Source of the DNA: an uncultured Hormoscilla sp.
Lineage (GTDB): Bacteria; Cyanobacteriota; Cyanobacteriia; Cyanobacteriales; Desertifilaceae
Direction of reading: 5' to 3'
DNA length: 64,000 nt
Assembly: GCA_963921275.4 (NCBI GenBank)
Contig: OZ001293.3
Coordinates: forward strand, 5,568,001-5,632,000
The position numbers and the translations under genes are program-made. The notes under the pieces were generated by a model. The model ran no database searches. It was given only the letters and a program-made list of their open reading frames with translations, and was not told where the DNA came from. Shown piece after piece: positions 1-10,569 of this stretch (the first letter of the stretch is position 1; each line of letters starts with the position of its first letter).

Positions 1-76
1 CCCAATATAGCACTAAACTGCTGGTTTGTAGTAAGGACTTTAGTCCTTCTAAGGATTATACTACCAAGGAGAAGAT

Positions 77-1499
77 ATGGCAATGGTAACCTCTACAATT
101 GTCTCAAAAGAATCAGAAGTCATCACGCTAGATGACTATATGCGCAACCCCCCAGAGATGGAGTGGGTGGATGGACAATTATTGGAGAAAAATGACATGA
201 CACTCAAGCACGGTCGGATGGGGTCGAGCCGGGAATCGCTTCCCGACCCTCCCTTGAGGAACCGGACTTGCGATTTTCACCGCATCCGGCTACTGGGTAC
301 TAGGCCCTTTTCATAGGTAGACTTAATAGGAATTACTTTTGTTAGCCCTTGCCGCCTGTCTTTTCTTCCCTTTCCTGGTTTAGCGAGTGGTTGTTCTGAT
401 AACCGTTAGTATCACCATTTTCAAGTCAGTTTTACCAGTTATCCATACCTTATCCTCCACTTGCGTTTCGGATTAGTTCCGTGGCTTTTTAGGATTACTC
501 ATTCCAGCAGCTTCCTAGTATCACCGACCCACGTCAGCGCTGGCTACCCAGCATCATCTACATTACTGTAGATGTTATCCCAGGAATTACCCCGGGCATT
601 CGCTTCTTGGGCCATCCCTCCCCCCGTGGCTTGCGCTTAACATCTAACTTGTCCTGATGGACAGCACACGAGAGGTTACTTCGTTCCCTAACAACATTTC
701 GCGATACCTTTAGGTCCACACTATACCCCGGGAGCTATTTGAGTACTATATTAGCCAGAGTCTAAAACTAATACTAGCTACCATTTCCTTTTTAGGCCAG
801 CGCATATAGCCTTATTTCGCTGGTTCCTTATAACGAGGCTTGCACATGTTTGCCTGCTCTAACCTTGGATATCTTTCCTAGCGGCGTCACCGGCTTAGGC
901 TGCCAGTTATCCTACATTTGAGTCCTCGCTTAGCACCACGATGATGTCGCTTCGTAGCACCGAGGACCGGTGTCACCCCCGTACCTGGGGGGAGGGGAAT
1001 TTAACCCCCATGCGGTCAGAGTTCCTGGCTAATGAAACCGGGCTAGCGTTCCGTGTTTGACCACGTTAGGCTAGAACGAATCGCACAGATTCAGTTAAGG
1101 TTAGGCTCTTACTGAAAAATTTACAAGGAATCTAATGAACAAGGAAGAGAAGTTTATACAGATGCGCCCTGTCGCACTATTGGCAGGGGACGTAAGCCTG
1201 ATGTTGCCTACCTCACCCCGGATCTGCTGGCCCAGTTTGGCAATGAGGCAGTGCTTCCTCAGAGTTTCCCCTTGATCGCTGAAATAATTTCCCCTACGGA
1301 TTTTGCCGAAGAAGTCATTGGCAAATCTCAAGAGTATTTACAGTCTGGTTGTCAGGAAGTATGGCTAGTGTTTCCTGAAAGTCGTTGGATAATTGTGACT
1401 ACTACCGAATCACGACAGGTATTTGTTTCCGGTGACGTTGTCAGTACTCAGAAAGTCCTGCTTGGTTTCAATGTAGCCGTCGATGAATTATTGGCTTAA
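77..1499 (+). pseudogene. Uma2-family (DUF820) endonuclease interrupted by an antisense group II intron, with an in-frame TGA
   Basis: ORF 77 (EWVDGQLLEK..MTLKHG) joins in frame to 1087-1499 (IQLRLGSY*KIY..RKPDVAY..LIAEIISP..EYLQSGCQEVWLVFP) when 216-1086 is removed; TGA at 1113-1115. Confidence 0.85.
216..1086 (-). mobile_element. ORF-less group II intron, subfamily A copy 1
   Basis: Minus strand begins GTGCGATTCGTT, has D5 AGCCGGATGCGGTGAAAATCGCAAGTCCGGTTC and a D6 hairpin ending CTCGACCCCATCC; 871 bp, only a handful of differences from 4446-5316; no RT ORF. Confidence 0.93.
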
Positions 1500-1534
1500 T
1501 TGATATCGGGCCATTAACAATGAACCATTAACCT

Positions 1535-1813
1535 TTATCCTGAAGAAGATTTGGGCGGACTGTCCGCAGATGATGTTTGGGAGTAGGAGGCGATCGCAAA
1601 GACATAGACTCCATGGCCCAACAGCAGCAGTAGCCAGGTGAGGGTAAACCAGTGTACCCACAGCAGGGTTTGAGGTCGCAAAATGTGGAAGAACCACAAA
1701 CCAGAATTGCTAACGGCAAAAACCGCTACATGGAAGGCAAAATTCATCCGATCGTCCAAACGTCGGTAGTCTGGGTCGCGGCGATCGGGTTGACGAGGCC
1801 ATTTCGGAGGCAT
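1535..1813 (-). CDS. Conserved cyanobacterial two-TM small membrane protein
   Basis: MPPKWPRQPDRRDPDYRRLDDRMNFAFHVAVF... with two hydrophobic segments. Confidence 0.7.
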   Translation of the reverse strand: MPPKWPRQPDRRDPDYRRLDDRMNFAFHVAVFAVSNSGLWFFHILRPQTLLWVHWFTLTWLLLLLGHGVYVFAIASYSQTSSADSPPKSSSG

Positions 1814-1920
1814 AAGCAGTACAAGCAAAATCGGGAGTAGTTCTAATATACACAGGTTGTCGTTAAATAAAGTTAGAATTCAGTAAGATGAAACGGAGCT
1901 GTACACTGAAGAACAGGTAT

Positions 1921-2450
1921 GTGAAGAACAGGCACTATTTTCGCAAGCCCAAGCTAAAACGCCGCTCTCACCTGGCGATCGCCGTTTTGCCCGATGCCGA
2001 TGCGGCTTTTCGGCCTACCGGCTACTGCAACACCACGGCATGTCACCTGAGTATTTAGCCCTTGTGGGCACTGAATACAACAGTCCGGAATGGGTAGGTC
2101 TGTTCAAACCGACCCAAATTGCCCTGGGTCAAGCCTACCGTCTGGCCATCTTTACTGGAATCTCTGGCTTGGTACTTACCGGTACCCTAGCGGTGGCCTA
2201 TCAGCTAGGACTAATTCCTTTTGAAGATATCAATTGGTTGCTGTTCGTTCCAGCTGTTAGTCTGTTCTTAGGCTTCTGTGGAGCAGCGATCGGAGCTTTA
2301 ATCGGTTTCTTCGGAGAAGGCAACACTGCCAGTTTTTATCGCCATCAGCTGCGTCAAGGTCGGTACTTGTTAATGATCGAGGGACCAGAAAAGATCGTCC
2401 GCCGGGGAAAGGAAGTTCTCAGCCAATACTCTACTCCCAGAAGACTCTAG
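1921..2450 (+). pseudogene. Membrane hypothetical protein, probable frameshift near 2012
   Basis: Upstream frame HLAIAVLPDADAAFR continues only after a frameshift into YRLLQHHGMSPEYLALVG (ORF 2040-2450, two TM helices, GRYLLMIEG). Confidence 0.55.
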
Positions 2451-2965
2451 ATGGCCTGATAATCTCCGGACTTGCCGCCGGTTTTGCTCAAAAGACGAAT
2501 CGATTCAATCTGGATCGACTTTTCCAAGGCTTTGGCCATATCATAGAGAGTCAGGGCGGCCACGGAGACTGCGGTCAGGGCTTCCATTTCCACACCGGTT
2601 TCGGCTTGAGTTTTGACTGTAGCTCGAATCTGATAACCAGGCAACTGGGGGTCTGGGGTCAGCTGCACCTCAATTTTCTGCAGGGGCAGGGGGTGACACA
2701 AGGGAATCAACTGTGCTGTTTGCTTTGCTGCCATAATTCCTGCTATCCTAGCAGTGGCTAACAGATCCCCCTTGGGGGCGTTACCCGATTGTATTGCAGC
2801 CAAGGTTTCTGGCAACATCCGCACCTGACTGGCAGCTACGGCTTGTCGGACAGTCTGGGGCTTGGCGGAAACATCCACCATCTGGGCTTGTCCCTGCTGG
2901 TCCAAATGGCTGAAAAATTTTACCGTTCCGGAAAAATCGGAAAAATTTGTTGGTCTAGTTGTCAT
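2447..2965 (-). CDS. moaC: Cyclic pyranopterin monophosphate synthase MoaC
   Basis: [58 protein letters not shown]; 15-bp insert at 2922-2936. Confidence 0.97.
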   Translation of the reverse strand: MTTRPTNFSDFSGTVKFFSHLDQQGQAQMVDVSAKPQTVRQAVAASQVRMLPETLAAIQSGNAPKGDLLATARIAGIMAAKQTAQLIPLCHPLPLQKIEVQLTPDPQLPGYQIRATVKTQAETGVEMEALTAVSVAALTLYDMAKALEKSIQIESIRLLSKTGGKSGDYQAI

Positions 2966-3037
2966 TCTGTGAAAATGTGTTAGTATAGTTTAAGTGGAGG
3001 TTAGGGAACACCCAAAACTCCCATTTCATTTGGACAA

Positions 3038-3111
3038 GGGCTTGTAGCTCAGTGGACTAGAGCACGTGGCTACGGACCACGGTGTCGGGGGTTCGAATCC
3101 CTCCTAGCCCG
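3038..3111 (+). tRNA. tRNA-Arg(ACG)
   Basis: GGGCTTG acceptor stem pairing with CTAGCCC, D arm TAGCTCAGTGGACTAGAGC, anticodon arm CGTGG-CTACGGA-CCACG, T loop GGTTCGAATCC; CCA not encoded. Confidence 0.96.
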
Positions 3112-3124
3112 TTTCTCCGGCGAT

Positions 3125-3336
3125 CGTTCGTAGTAAACGCAAAGCGCGTTTGCCGTTCGTAGTAAACGCAAAGCGCGTTTGCCAGGTAATTACTCACAAT
3201 TGACGAAAACCGGTAGTCAAGGAAAGCTAACAGCCGGTGGATGGGTTTCGTGGGTCAACCCAACCTACAGATGAAAACCGGTAGTCAGGGAAAGCTAACA
3301 GCCGATGATTGGATTTTGTGGGCCGACCCAACCTAC
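3125..3336. repeat. Two local tandem duplications downstream of the tRNA (29 bp x2; ~64 bp x2)
   Basis: CGTTCGTAGTAAACGCAAAGCGCGTTTGC at 3125 and 3154; GAAAACCGGTAGTCA..CCCAACCTAC at 3205 and 3273. Confidence 0.85.
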
Positions 3337-3457
3337 GGTTGACGCAACAACTGACGTTCTAGCTCTTGGCGCTGTTTGGTCAGGTCTCGTATTTGATCGG
3401 CGCTGATTCGGTCAAAGACCTCGGTAAAAGTTTGTATTACTTGCTCACTAATATCAT

Positions 3458-3809
3458 CCAGCCAAAAACAACCAGCACTAACTACCATTTCCCTTTTCGG
3501 CCAGCGTATAAGCCTTATTCCGCTGGTCAATAGTGACGAGGTTTACATAGGTTCGCTTATTCTAACTATCAGCATCTTTCCTATCGCGCAGCGTGGCGCA
3601 GCCATGCGGCATCACTGGCTTAAACTGCCAGCTATCCTACATTTAAGTCCTTGCTTCGCACCACAGCGATATAACTCCGTAGCACTAAGGACCGGTGTTA
3701 CCCCCGCGCCTAGGGAAGGGGAATTTAACCCCCATGATAACCAGAGTTTCTGGCAAATGAAACCAGACAGACTTTCACCGTTACCGATTTACGCCTGAAC
3801 GAATCGCAC
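3458..3809 (-). mobile_element. 5' fragment (part of domain I) of a third group II intron subfamily (C)
   Basis: Starts GTGCGATTCGTTC; aligns with subfamilies A/B (CATGGGGGTTAAATTCCC, ACCGGTCCT, AAATGTAGGATA, GGAAATGGTAG) up to the EBS1 stem-loop, then homology stops. Confidence 0.85.
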
Positions 3810-4219
3810 TTTTATTTCTATTCCATATTCACTGTTCTGATAATCTTCCCATACAACCAACTCTTCTGGCACCGGCGATGTTCTTTCCGGAGTCGGATAA
3901 TTCTTTGGTTTCCTGTCAGTGACCGGTTGGGATTTAGGGAGGATACTGACAATTATAGCAAACACAGCCGCCAGCAAAAAGCAGGTTATTGCTATTGCTA
4001 ATAAAGTTTTCACCCATGCCGATGATGCCGAGGATCCAGAACTCCAGGCGCTATGATGACGGTTGGGGACTGCGACCCGTCTATTGCCTCTCGCGGCAAA
4101 CCGCATATAATACAGTCTGGTTCCGAGTTTTCCTGTGGTTGGTGGGGACCGGAGCAATAAGGGTATTGTTTTCCGTCTTTTGGTTTCCCATCGCAGATCC
4201 ATTTACCTTGTGGAATCAA
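3810..4219 (-). pseudogene. Membrane-anchored protein (Cys-rich N-terminus, TM, start of a PsbP-like domain); frameshifted and intron-interrupted
   Basis: WICDG..H..EN..PDCIICGLPRE in one frame; TM helix and WEDYQNSEYGIEIK in another, ending exactly at GTGCG of intron C. Confidence 0.55.
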
Positions 4220-4303
4220 CTTCCCTCACCTCCCTAGTGTCAGTTATCAGTTATCAGTGCTTTTGCATCTCCTGGTGGGCGGTGCCCACCCTACTTCCTC
4301 TGG

Positions 4304-6715
4304 CTATTCTCTGCACTCACCCCAGAGGGTCAAGGTACAGGGCGGTAAATCCTGGTTGCTTGGTGGCCCTGGCGATCGCCTCCTCTCGATCTCCCCATTT
4401 ATGCTATCTAGTTCCCGATTGTATTGCACAACCTTATTGGATTTTGTGCGATTCGTTCTAGCCTAACGTGGTCAAACACGGAACGCTAGCCCGGTTTCAT
4501 TAGCCGGGAACTCTGACCGCATGGGGGTTAAATTCCCCTCCCCCCAGGTACGGGGGTGACACCGGTCCTCGGTGCTACGAAGCGACATCATCGTGGTGCT
4601 AAGCGAGGACTCAAATGTAGGATAACTGGCAGCCTAAGCCGGTGACGCCGCTAGGAAAGATATCCAAGGTTAGAGCAGGCAAACATGTGCAAGCCTCGTT
4701 ATAAGGAACCAGCGAAATAAGGCTATATGCGCTGGCCTAAAAAGGAAATGGTAGCTAGTATTAGTTTTAGACTCTGGCTAATATAGTACTCAAATAGCTC
4801 CCGGGGTATAGTGTGGACCTAAAGGTATCGCGAAATGTTGTTAGGGAACGAAGTAACCTCTCGTGTGCTGTTCATCAGGACAAGTTAGATGTTAAGCGCA
4901 AGCCACGGGGGCAGGGATGGCCCAAGAAGCGAATGCCCGGGGTAATTCCTGGGATAACATCTACAGTAATGTAGATGATGCTGGGTAGCCAGCGCTGACG
5001 TGGGTCGGTGATACTAGGAAGCTGCTGGAATGAGTAATCCTAAAAAGCCACGGAACTAATCCGAAACGCAAGTGGAGGATAAGGTATGGATAACTGGTAA
5101 AACTGACTTGAAAATGGTGATACTAACGGTTATCAGAACAACCACTCGCTAAACCAGGAAAGGGAAGAAAAGACAGGCGGCAAGGGCTAACAGAAGTAAT
5201 TCCTATTAAGTCTACCTATGAAAAGGGCCTAGTACCTAGTAGCCGGATGCGGTGAAAATCGCAAGTCCGGTTCCGAAAGGGAGGGTCGGGAAGCGATTCC
5301 CGGCTCGACCCCATCCACCTTATATGCTAGGCTATCTTTAGGAATCTGCCTCAGTTTCTCGATCGCCTCAATCCATTTAGCTCTAGCATCGGAAAGTTGG
5401 GGTATATTTTTAGCAGCAGCGGCGATCGCTTCTGCGTTATCCAAGAGTTGCTGTGCATACTTCTCCTTATCCAGATGCCCATTCATTATTCTCCGCTGAC
5501 TCTGGTAATTTGTTAATAAACTCTGGGCCTCTGAGTAGAGTCGGGAACTTCCTGGAATCTTTTGCAACTGGCCGATCGCCTCTTCCATGCGCTTGCGTTC
5601 CCGATATAATTCTGGTAATGTTTGGGCATTCTCAAATAGAGTCCTAGCTGACTCAGCTTGGTCTTTTGCCTTATCGATCGCCTGGCGATCTTTCTCATCC
5701 TCTTCAACCTTTACTGATGGCGAATTATTGCCCAACTGTTCTATCATTGCGGGCACAAATGCCATGGCCGAGACGATCGCAATGCCCAGCCCGATCGCAG
5801 CAGCAATTGTATTAATCCCTACTTTAGAGGTTGTCTGCCCAGGGGTAGGAGGAGGGTTGGTTGATGAACTGGGCGACAAGACGACCGTAGTTCCGGTATT
5901 ATTTTGCAAGGATCTGACAGCTTGCAGAGCCTCGGTTGCTGACTGATAGCGCTGACGGCGATCGCGACGCACCATGCGATCTAATACCTTGGCTACATTA
6001 TCGGAGACCTGCGCTTTCTGCCGCCACATAATTTCATCGATATCCCGGTCTCTTGGCAGCCGTTCGGGCTCCAGACCGGTCAAGGCTTGGAGCCCGAACG
6101 TGCCCACGGCATAGACATCGCTGCTTAAATGGGGGTAACCCTCAATTTGTTCGCTGGGCATATAGCCCGGAGTACCGATCATCACGGTGGGAGACCCCCG
6201 ACCATTAATCCCCCCAGCTGTAACTTGCTTTACCGCCCCAAAATCAATCAACACCAACCTCCGATCTTCATGGCGGCGGATGATATTACTCGGCTTAATG
6301 TCCCGATGCACTACATTGTGACGGTGGACAAATTCTAGCACGGCTAATATTTCCGATACTAGCCCGAGCGCTTGTTCGAATGGCAGCCTGCGATCGGGAA
6401 GCAATTCATCACTCAAAGGATGTCCGTCAATAAATTCTTGAACAATAGAGAACTCGCCCTTTTTCTCAAAATAAGCCAGTAGCCGAGGAATTTGCAAATG
6501 TTCTCCCAGCTTTTCTAAAGTTTCCGCCTCTGTTGTAAACAAGCGTCGGGCCGTCTGCATAATTTCAGGATTGGGGTCAGCAAGGTGTAGTTGCTTAACC
6601 ACGCATTTGGGGTGACCGGGGCGCTTAGTATCTTCTGCTAGATAGGTTTGCCCAAAGCTACCTGAACCCAGGGGGGCCGTGACTCTGTAACGTCCATCTA
6701 AAATTTGTCCGATTT
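4304..6715 (-). CDS. Ser/Thr protein kinase (Hanks type) with TM and helical C-terminus, interrupted near its 3' end by an antisense intron
   Basis: IGQILDGRY..LGSGSFGQTY (upstream of the ORF-track start), VVKQL, HRDIKPSN, LIDFG, GTPGYMP, SDVYAVG; frame resumes at 4445 (KSNKVVQYNREL...) after removing 4446-5316; no ATG found at the expected start. Confidence 0.85.
4446..5316 (+). mobile_element. ORF-less group II intron, subfamily A copy 2
   Basis: GTGCG start, D5/D6 at 5240-5316, EBS2 ATAAGG (4701) and EBS1 AGACTC (4769) complementary to the 5' flank CCTTAT-tg-GATTTT. Confidence 0.93.
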
Positions 6716-7088
6716 TTCCGGAACGGTTTATGGCAGGTTTCCTTGACCAACTGTCGGGCGGGCATCGCCTACCTCATTATACATCACCTGGCAACTATGG
6801 GGTCTCGCTGTAAAAAATATTCAGCCTGTGCCGGTGGTCAATCACCGTCACCCTTAAGATTTCTCGGTTAGGGAGTGAAGAGTAGTAGTATTGCGTAAGG
6901 TGCGTAGCGATCCGCACACGCACGGGTGCGATCGTTTTCCGTCTCGTAACGAAAAAAATCAGTCACCCTTCGGTTCGCACAAAAAGAGAGACACCGACCC
7001 GTAATGCACCGGGTGGGGGCTAAAAAACCCGGCTTTTGTCAGAAACCGGGTTTGCAAGATAGTACAATTGTGAAAAAAGAGGGAGAGT

Positions 7089-7751
7089 TTATCCTTGAAT
7101 AACTGCACTGACAGTCTGACTCCAAGGACCGGGTTCGCCTCGCTTATTCACCCAGCGCAACATATAATAAGCAATTTGACCGGCATGTTCTTCCCCATAG
7201 GAGGCAATGTAAGGGGTCGCTGTATCTATTCTCAAAAACTTTAACTCACTGGGTCCAGTGGGCGCAGATCCTCCTACCTTCACCCAAATTTCACAACCCA
7301 TCACCCCAGATGGTTTCGCCCGACGGTTGGGGGTTTGCTCATCCACAAAACGAATCGAGTGCCGCAGGCGCGAGTTCGCATCCACCCATCCCATAGGTCG
7401 AGTTGTCGGCACAGCAGTTCGGGTGCGAACTGTCTGGGGCACCCGTATTTTCAAGGCTGCCTTGTGGCCATCGGTTACCTTGGGGTTGGCCTGCAATTGC
7501 TTGGTGAGACTGCGCAGAAGTGACTCATAATCCTTGCGAGAATCAATTTTATCCTGGCGGACACTCTCAGCAGCAGCTTGCTTGGCAATATGATCGCTAT
7601 AGGTATTTTGCCACTTACCTTGCTTGTTGGTCAGCATGGTCAAGTTATCTTGGGTCAATCCTAACTCGCTCAGATTAGCAGTCAGGTAGTTGACGAAGTT
7701 GGCTTCCCAGCTTTGGAACTCTGCGTCAGAGCGTGGGATAAAGTCCGTCAT
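7089..7751 (-). CDS. Hypothetical protein: helical N-terminus plus fibronectin-III-like C-terminal domain
   Basis: 220-aa ORF, MTDFIPRSDAEF..W..NF; C-terminal GCEIW..YYMLRWVNKRGEPGPWS resembles FN3-type termini. Confidence 0.7.
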   Translation of the reverse strand: MTDFIPRSDAEFQSWEANFVNYLTANLSELGLTQDNLTMLTNKQGKWQNTYSDHIAKQAAAESVRQDKIDSRKDYESLLRSLTKQLQANPKVTDGHKAALKIRVPQTVRTRTAVPTTRPMGWVDANSRLRHSIRFVDEQTPNRRAKPSGVMGCEIWVKVGGSAPTGPSELKFLRIDTATPYIASYGEEHAGQIAYYMLRWVNKRGEPGPWSQTVSAVIQG

Positions 7752-7843
7752 GATTATCTTATTTTATGTGTTACTGTATCGAATTCTATCAGCACGACAT
7801 CCAATGCGCAATCAAAATTGCTTAAGAGAAAAAAAGTCGAGTA

Positions 7844-8178
7844 ATCCGAACCAGTTGTGCTACTTGCCGAACTCCGGTCGCTACTCAAGGCGCGACAGTC
7901 ACTACTTTCTGAACTCCGGTCGTTACTCAACCCGCACAGTCCACTATCCAACCCGCACAGTCCACTATCCAACCCGCACAGTCCACTATCCAACCCGCAC
8001 AGTCCACTACCAAACCCGCGACAGTCACTATCCAACCCGCGACAGTCACTATCCAACCCGCACAGTCCACTATCCAACCCGCGACAGTCACTATCCAACC
8101 CGCACAGTCCACTATCCAACCCGCACTCGTTCCACTCCCCCAGCACTCGTTCCACTCCCCCAGCACTCGTTCCACTAT
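7844..8178. repeat. 21-bp tandem array with two alternating unit variants, degenerate at both ends
   Basis: CAACCCGCACAGTCCACTATC / CAACCCGCGACAGTCACTATC units at 7928, 7949, 7970, 7991, 8012, 8033, 8054, 8075, 8096. Confidence 0.95.
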
Positions 8179-8334
8179 TATGGCCTGACATCCGTTAACT
8201 GATTTGATTTGTGCAGCATATAGCTGGCGATAACAAACCGGGTTTCTCTGAGAAACCCGGTTTGAAGATATTGCAAATTGTTACCGTTCCGGAAAAATCG
8301 GACGATGGGGCGATCGCACTGGCCACCCCACATC

Positions 8335-8508
8335 CAATACCTCTCGGTTAAGCAGGGGGGCGGGAGATTGCTAGTGCTCCTGCGTCGCACCGCTGCGCTT
8401 TTACGAAGTGCGCGTAGCGCTACGGGGGTCTCTTCAATTGCCCATAAGTTAATCCCTACGTAACCCCCCCTCGCAATGACAACTTATATCCTTAACCGAG
8501 AAGTATTG
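8335..8508. mobile_element. MITE with 18-bp TIRs and a 10-bp target duplication (Nezha-like geometry)
   Basis: CAATACCTCTCGGTTAAG ... CTTAACCGAGAAGTATTG (17/18 match), flanked by ACCCCACATC at 8325-8334 and 8509-8518. Confidence 0.88.
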
Positions 8509-8536
8509 ACCCCACATCAACCCAACTGGCGATCGC

Positions 8537-9478
8537 CTAATCAGCAAGACCAAACCGCTGCAAGAGTTCCTCGCGGGATAATCTCAGCAGTAATGGCATT
8601 AACTCTCCTGATGGTAAAGCCAACAACGGTTGAATAATTGCTGTTATTTCTTCATCTAACTCTCCAAAGCGCACCCCGAGCAAATCTTCTATTATCGCGC
8701 GACGTTCCTGTTGAATTCCTTGTTGAATTCCCTGTTGAATTCCCTGTTGAATTCCCTGTTGAATTCCTTCGCGGAGCGTTTGTTCCCGCTCTTGCTGATA
8801 AAGTGGTTCTAATCGCATAACTAACTCCAGGTCCGATGACTCTAAATTTTGCCTCAGTCGCAAATTTTTCTGCAAGTTATACAGTAACTCCAAGGCTGTT
8901 GACCGCAAGGGGTTGTCTGGAGATAGACTCTCCAATTCATCAATGGCCTGTTTTTGCACCCCTCCTCGTCCCAGCAGCCTCAACCAAAGGGTTTCTTGTG
9001 TGCGGGGTAGCTGATGAATGACCACGATCGCAGTTCTCCCATAAGCTGGCAGAAAGTACATTCCCGGCAACCAGTCAGCATCTTCTTTAGCGCCAAATCC
9101 AGACAATATCCTCTCCGATGCTGTCGGCGTCAGGAGCCATAATATTTGTAAGTCATCCTCAGAAAGTTTGATCTCATTCCGCGCTGCTTCTCGCTTAGCT
9201 TCTGTAATTGCCACTAACAATTTTAGTCTACAAGAGCGGATTTCGTCAACCGTGACTGGATTGCGGAATGACTCAAATAGAGACCGGTTCGCTGCCATCC
9301 GCCCTAATAAACCTAGGTCGCGATGTAGCTCCGCGAGCTTTTCTGGGTTCGGAATGAACCACCCATCTATTTCCAGTACCTCTGATATAATTTCACGGGC
9401 CGCTATGAATTCCCCATATGGTCCTAGAAACCTATCTAAGTAGTCTTTGGCGAATTTGTCGAACAGTAATCTGGTCAT
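8537..9478 (-). CDS. Rpn-like/DUF4351-type hypothetical protein with GIQQ repeats
   Basis: FDKFAKDYL, EIDGWF, LFESFRN, TLWLRLLGRG, (GIQQ)n, RFGELD C-terminus typical of this expanded cyanobacterial family. Confidence 0.75.
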   Translation of the reverse strand: MTRLLFDKFAKDYLDRFLGPYGEFIAAREIISEVLEIDGWFIPNPEKLAELHRDLGLLGRMAANRSLFESFRNPVTVDEIRSCRLKLLVAITEAKREAARNEIKLSEDDLQILWLLTPTASERILSGFGAKEDADWLPGMYFLPAYGRTAIVVIHQLPRTQETLWLRLLGRGGVQKQAIDELESLSPDNPLRSTALELLYNLQKNLRLRQNLESSDLELVMRLEPLYQQEREQTLREGIQQGIQQGIQQGIQQGIQQERRAIIEDLLGVRFGELDEEITAIIQPLLALPSGELMPLLLRLSREELLQRFGLAD

Positions 9479-9883
9479 CTTTGCTTGCTCATTTCTCGAA
9501 TGTCGCCTCTTCGGGGCTTCGCGTTATTCAAAACCATCTGCTATTATTATATAGCCCCGATCGCATTAATTGTCATCCCACCCGATTTCTCGGGAGCGGT
9601 TGATGGCCACCGGAGCTGTTAAGGTTGGGTAGATCCTACCCAACCCAACGGGCGATCGCCTAAGACAGCAACTCCAAGGCAGTTGACCGCAAGAGGTTAT
9701 CGTTCGAGAGATTCTCCAAGTCAAAAAATTGATTCATTGTTCTTTGGTCATAGAAAGTACGTTGTCCTGTTGGGGTCGCGCCACAGGTGGAGCGCCTATG
9801 CTATTATTATACTACCCCATCTCAATCTCAGCAACAGTTGATGTTGCCAAGGGCACATTGGGCCCACCCTACGGTAAAAAATT

Positions 9884-10492
9884 ATGTCATACAGCGATTT
9901 TACCCTTGACCAGCTCGAAACGGAATTTAATTTAATTGTTCGGGAACGATCTGTCTTGTTTCCGGATGTCGAACCGGTCCCTCCTAGTGCTTGGTTACAA
10001 GAAACCTTAGCAGAGAATATTCCCTTAGCTTTAGACATTAATACCGAGAAAGCTCGCTCCAAGATGATTGTGACTCCCATCTTAATTGAAATCCGGAAAA
10101 ACTTCAACCGACAGATCGGTTTGTTTTCAGGTCGAGAGTTTAATGTGGACAAAGAGAGAGGACTCAATGGCAGATGTGATTATATTATCAGCCAGTCTCC
10201 CAAACAGTTAAATGTCGCTGCTCCCGTTGCCGTATTAGTGGAAGCCAAAAATGAGAATATCCCATCTGGCATTCCCCAATGTCTGGCAGAAATGGTGGCT
10301 GCACAACTATTCAATCAAAAGAAAAACAACCCCATCCCTTGTATTTACGGCGGCGTGACCACTGGAAGTAACTGGAAGTTTATGAAATTAGTTGAGAATA
10401 CAGCGGCTATTGAAGCGGGAGAACATTTTATCGGCAACATCGAGTCCCTGCTGGGGATTTTAACCCAGATCGTTGAGACAACTCGACCTTGA
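9884..10492 (+). CDS. PD-(D/E)XK-like hypothetical protein (HsdR N-terminal-like)
   Basis: MSYSDFTL, NTEKARS, LNGRCDYII, VEAKNENI, GGVTTGSNWKF. Confidence 0.75.
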   Translation: MSYSDFTLDQLETEFNLIVRERSVLFPDVEPVPPSAWLQETLAENIPLALDINTEKARSKMIVTPILIEIRKNFNRQIGLFSGREFNVDKERGLNGRCDYIISQSPKQLNVAAPVAVLVEAKNENIPSGIPQCLAEMVAAQLFNQKKNNPIPCIYGGVTTGSNWKFMKLVENTAAIEAGEHFIGNIESLLGILTQIVETTRP

Positions 10493-10569
10493 ACTGGAAG
10501 AGAAGGATGGTAAGCGGTGCCCACCCTACTAAGGACTGGACGAGCTATGAGATGAAGAGCGTTCCGCTT

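Noticed and set aside
3038..3336. tRNA-Arg as integration site of an island
   Set aside because: No duplicate of the tRNA 3' end or integrase found in the window.
7844..8178. Possible CRISPR array (also 52511-52790)
   Set aside because: Head-to-tail 21-bp units without unique spacers; no cas genes in the window.
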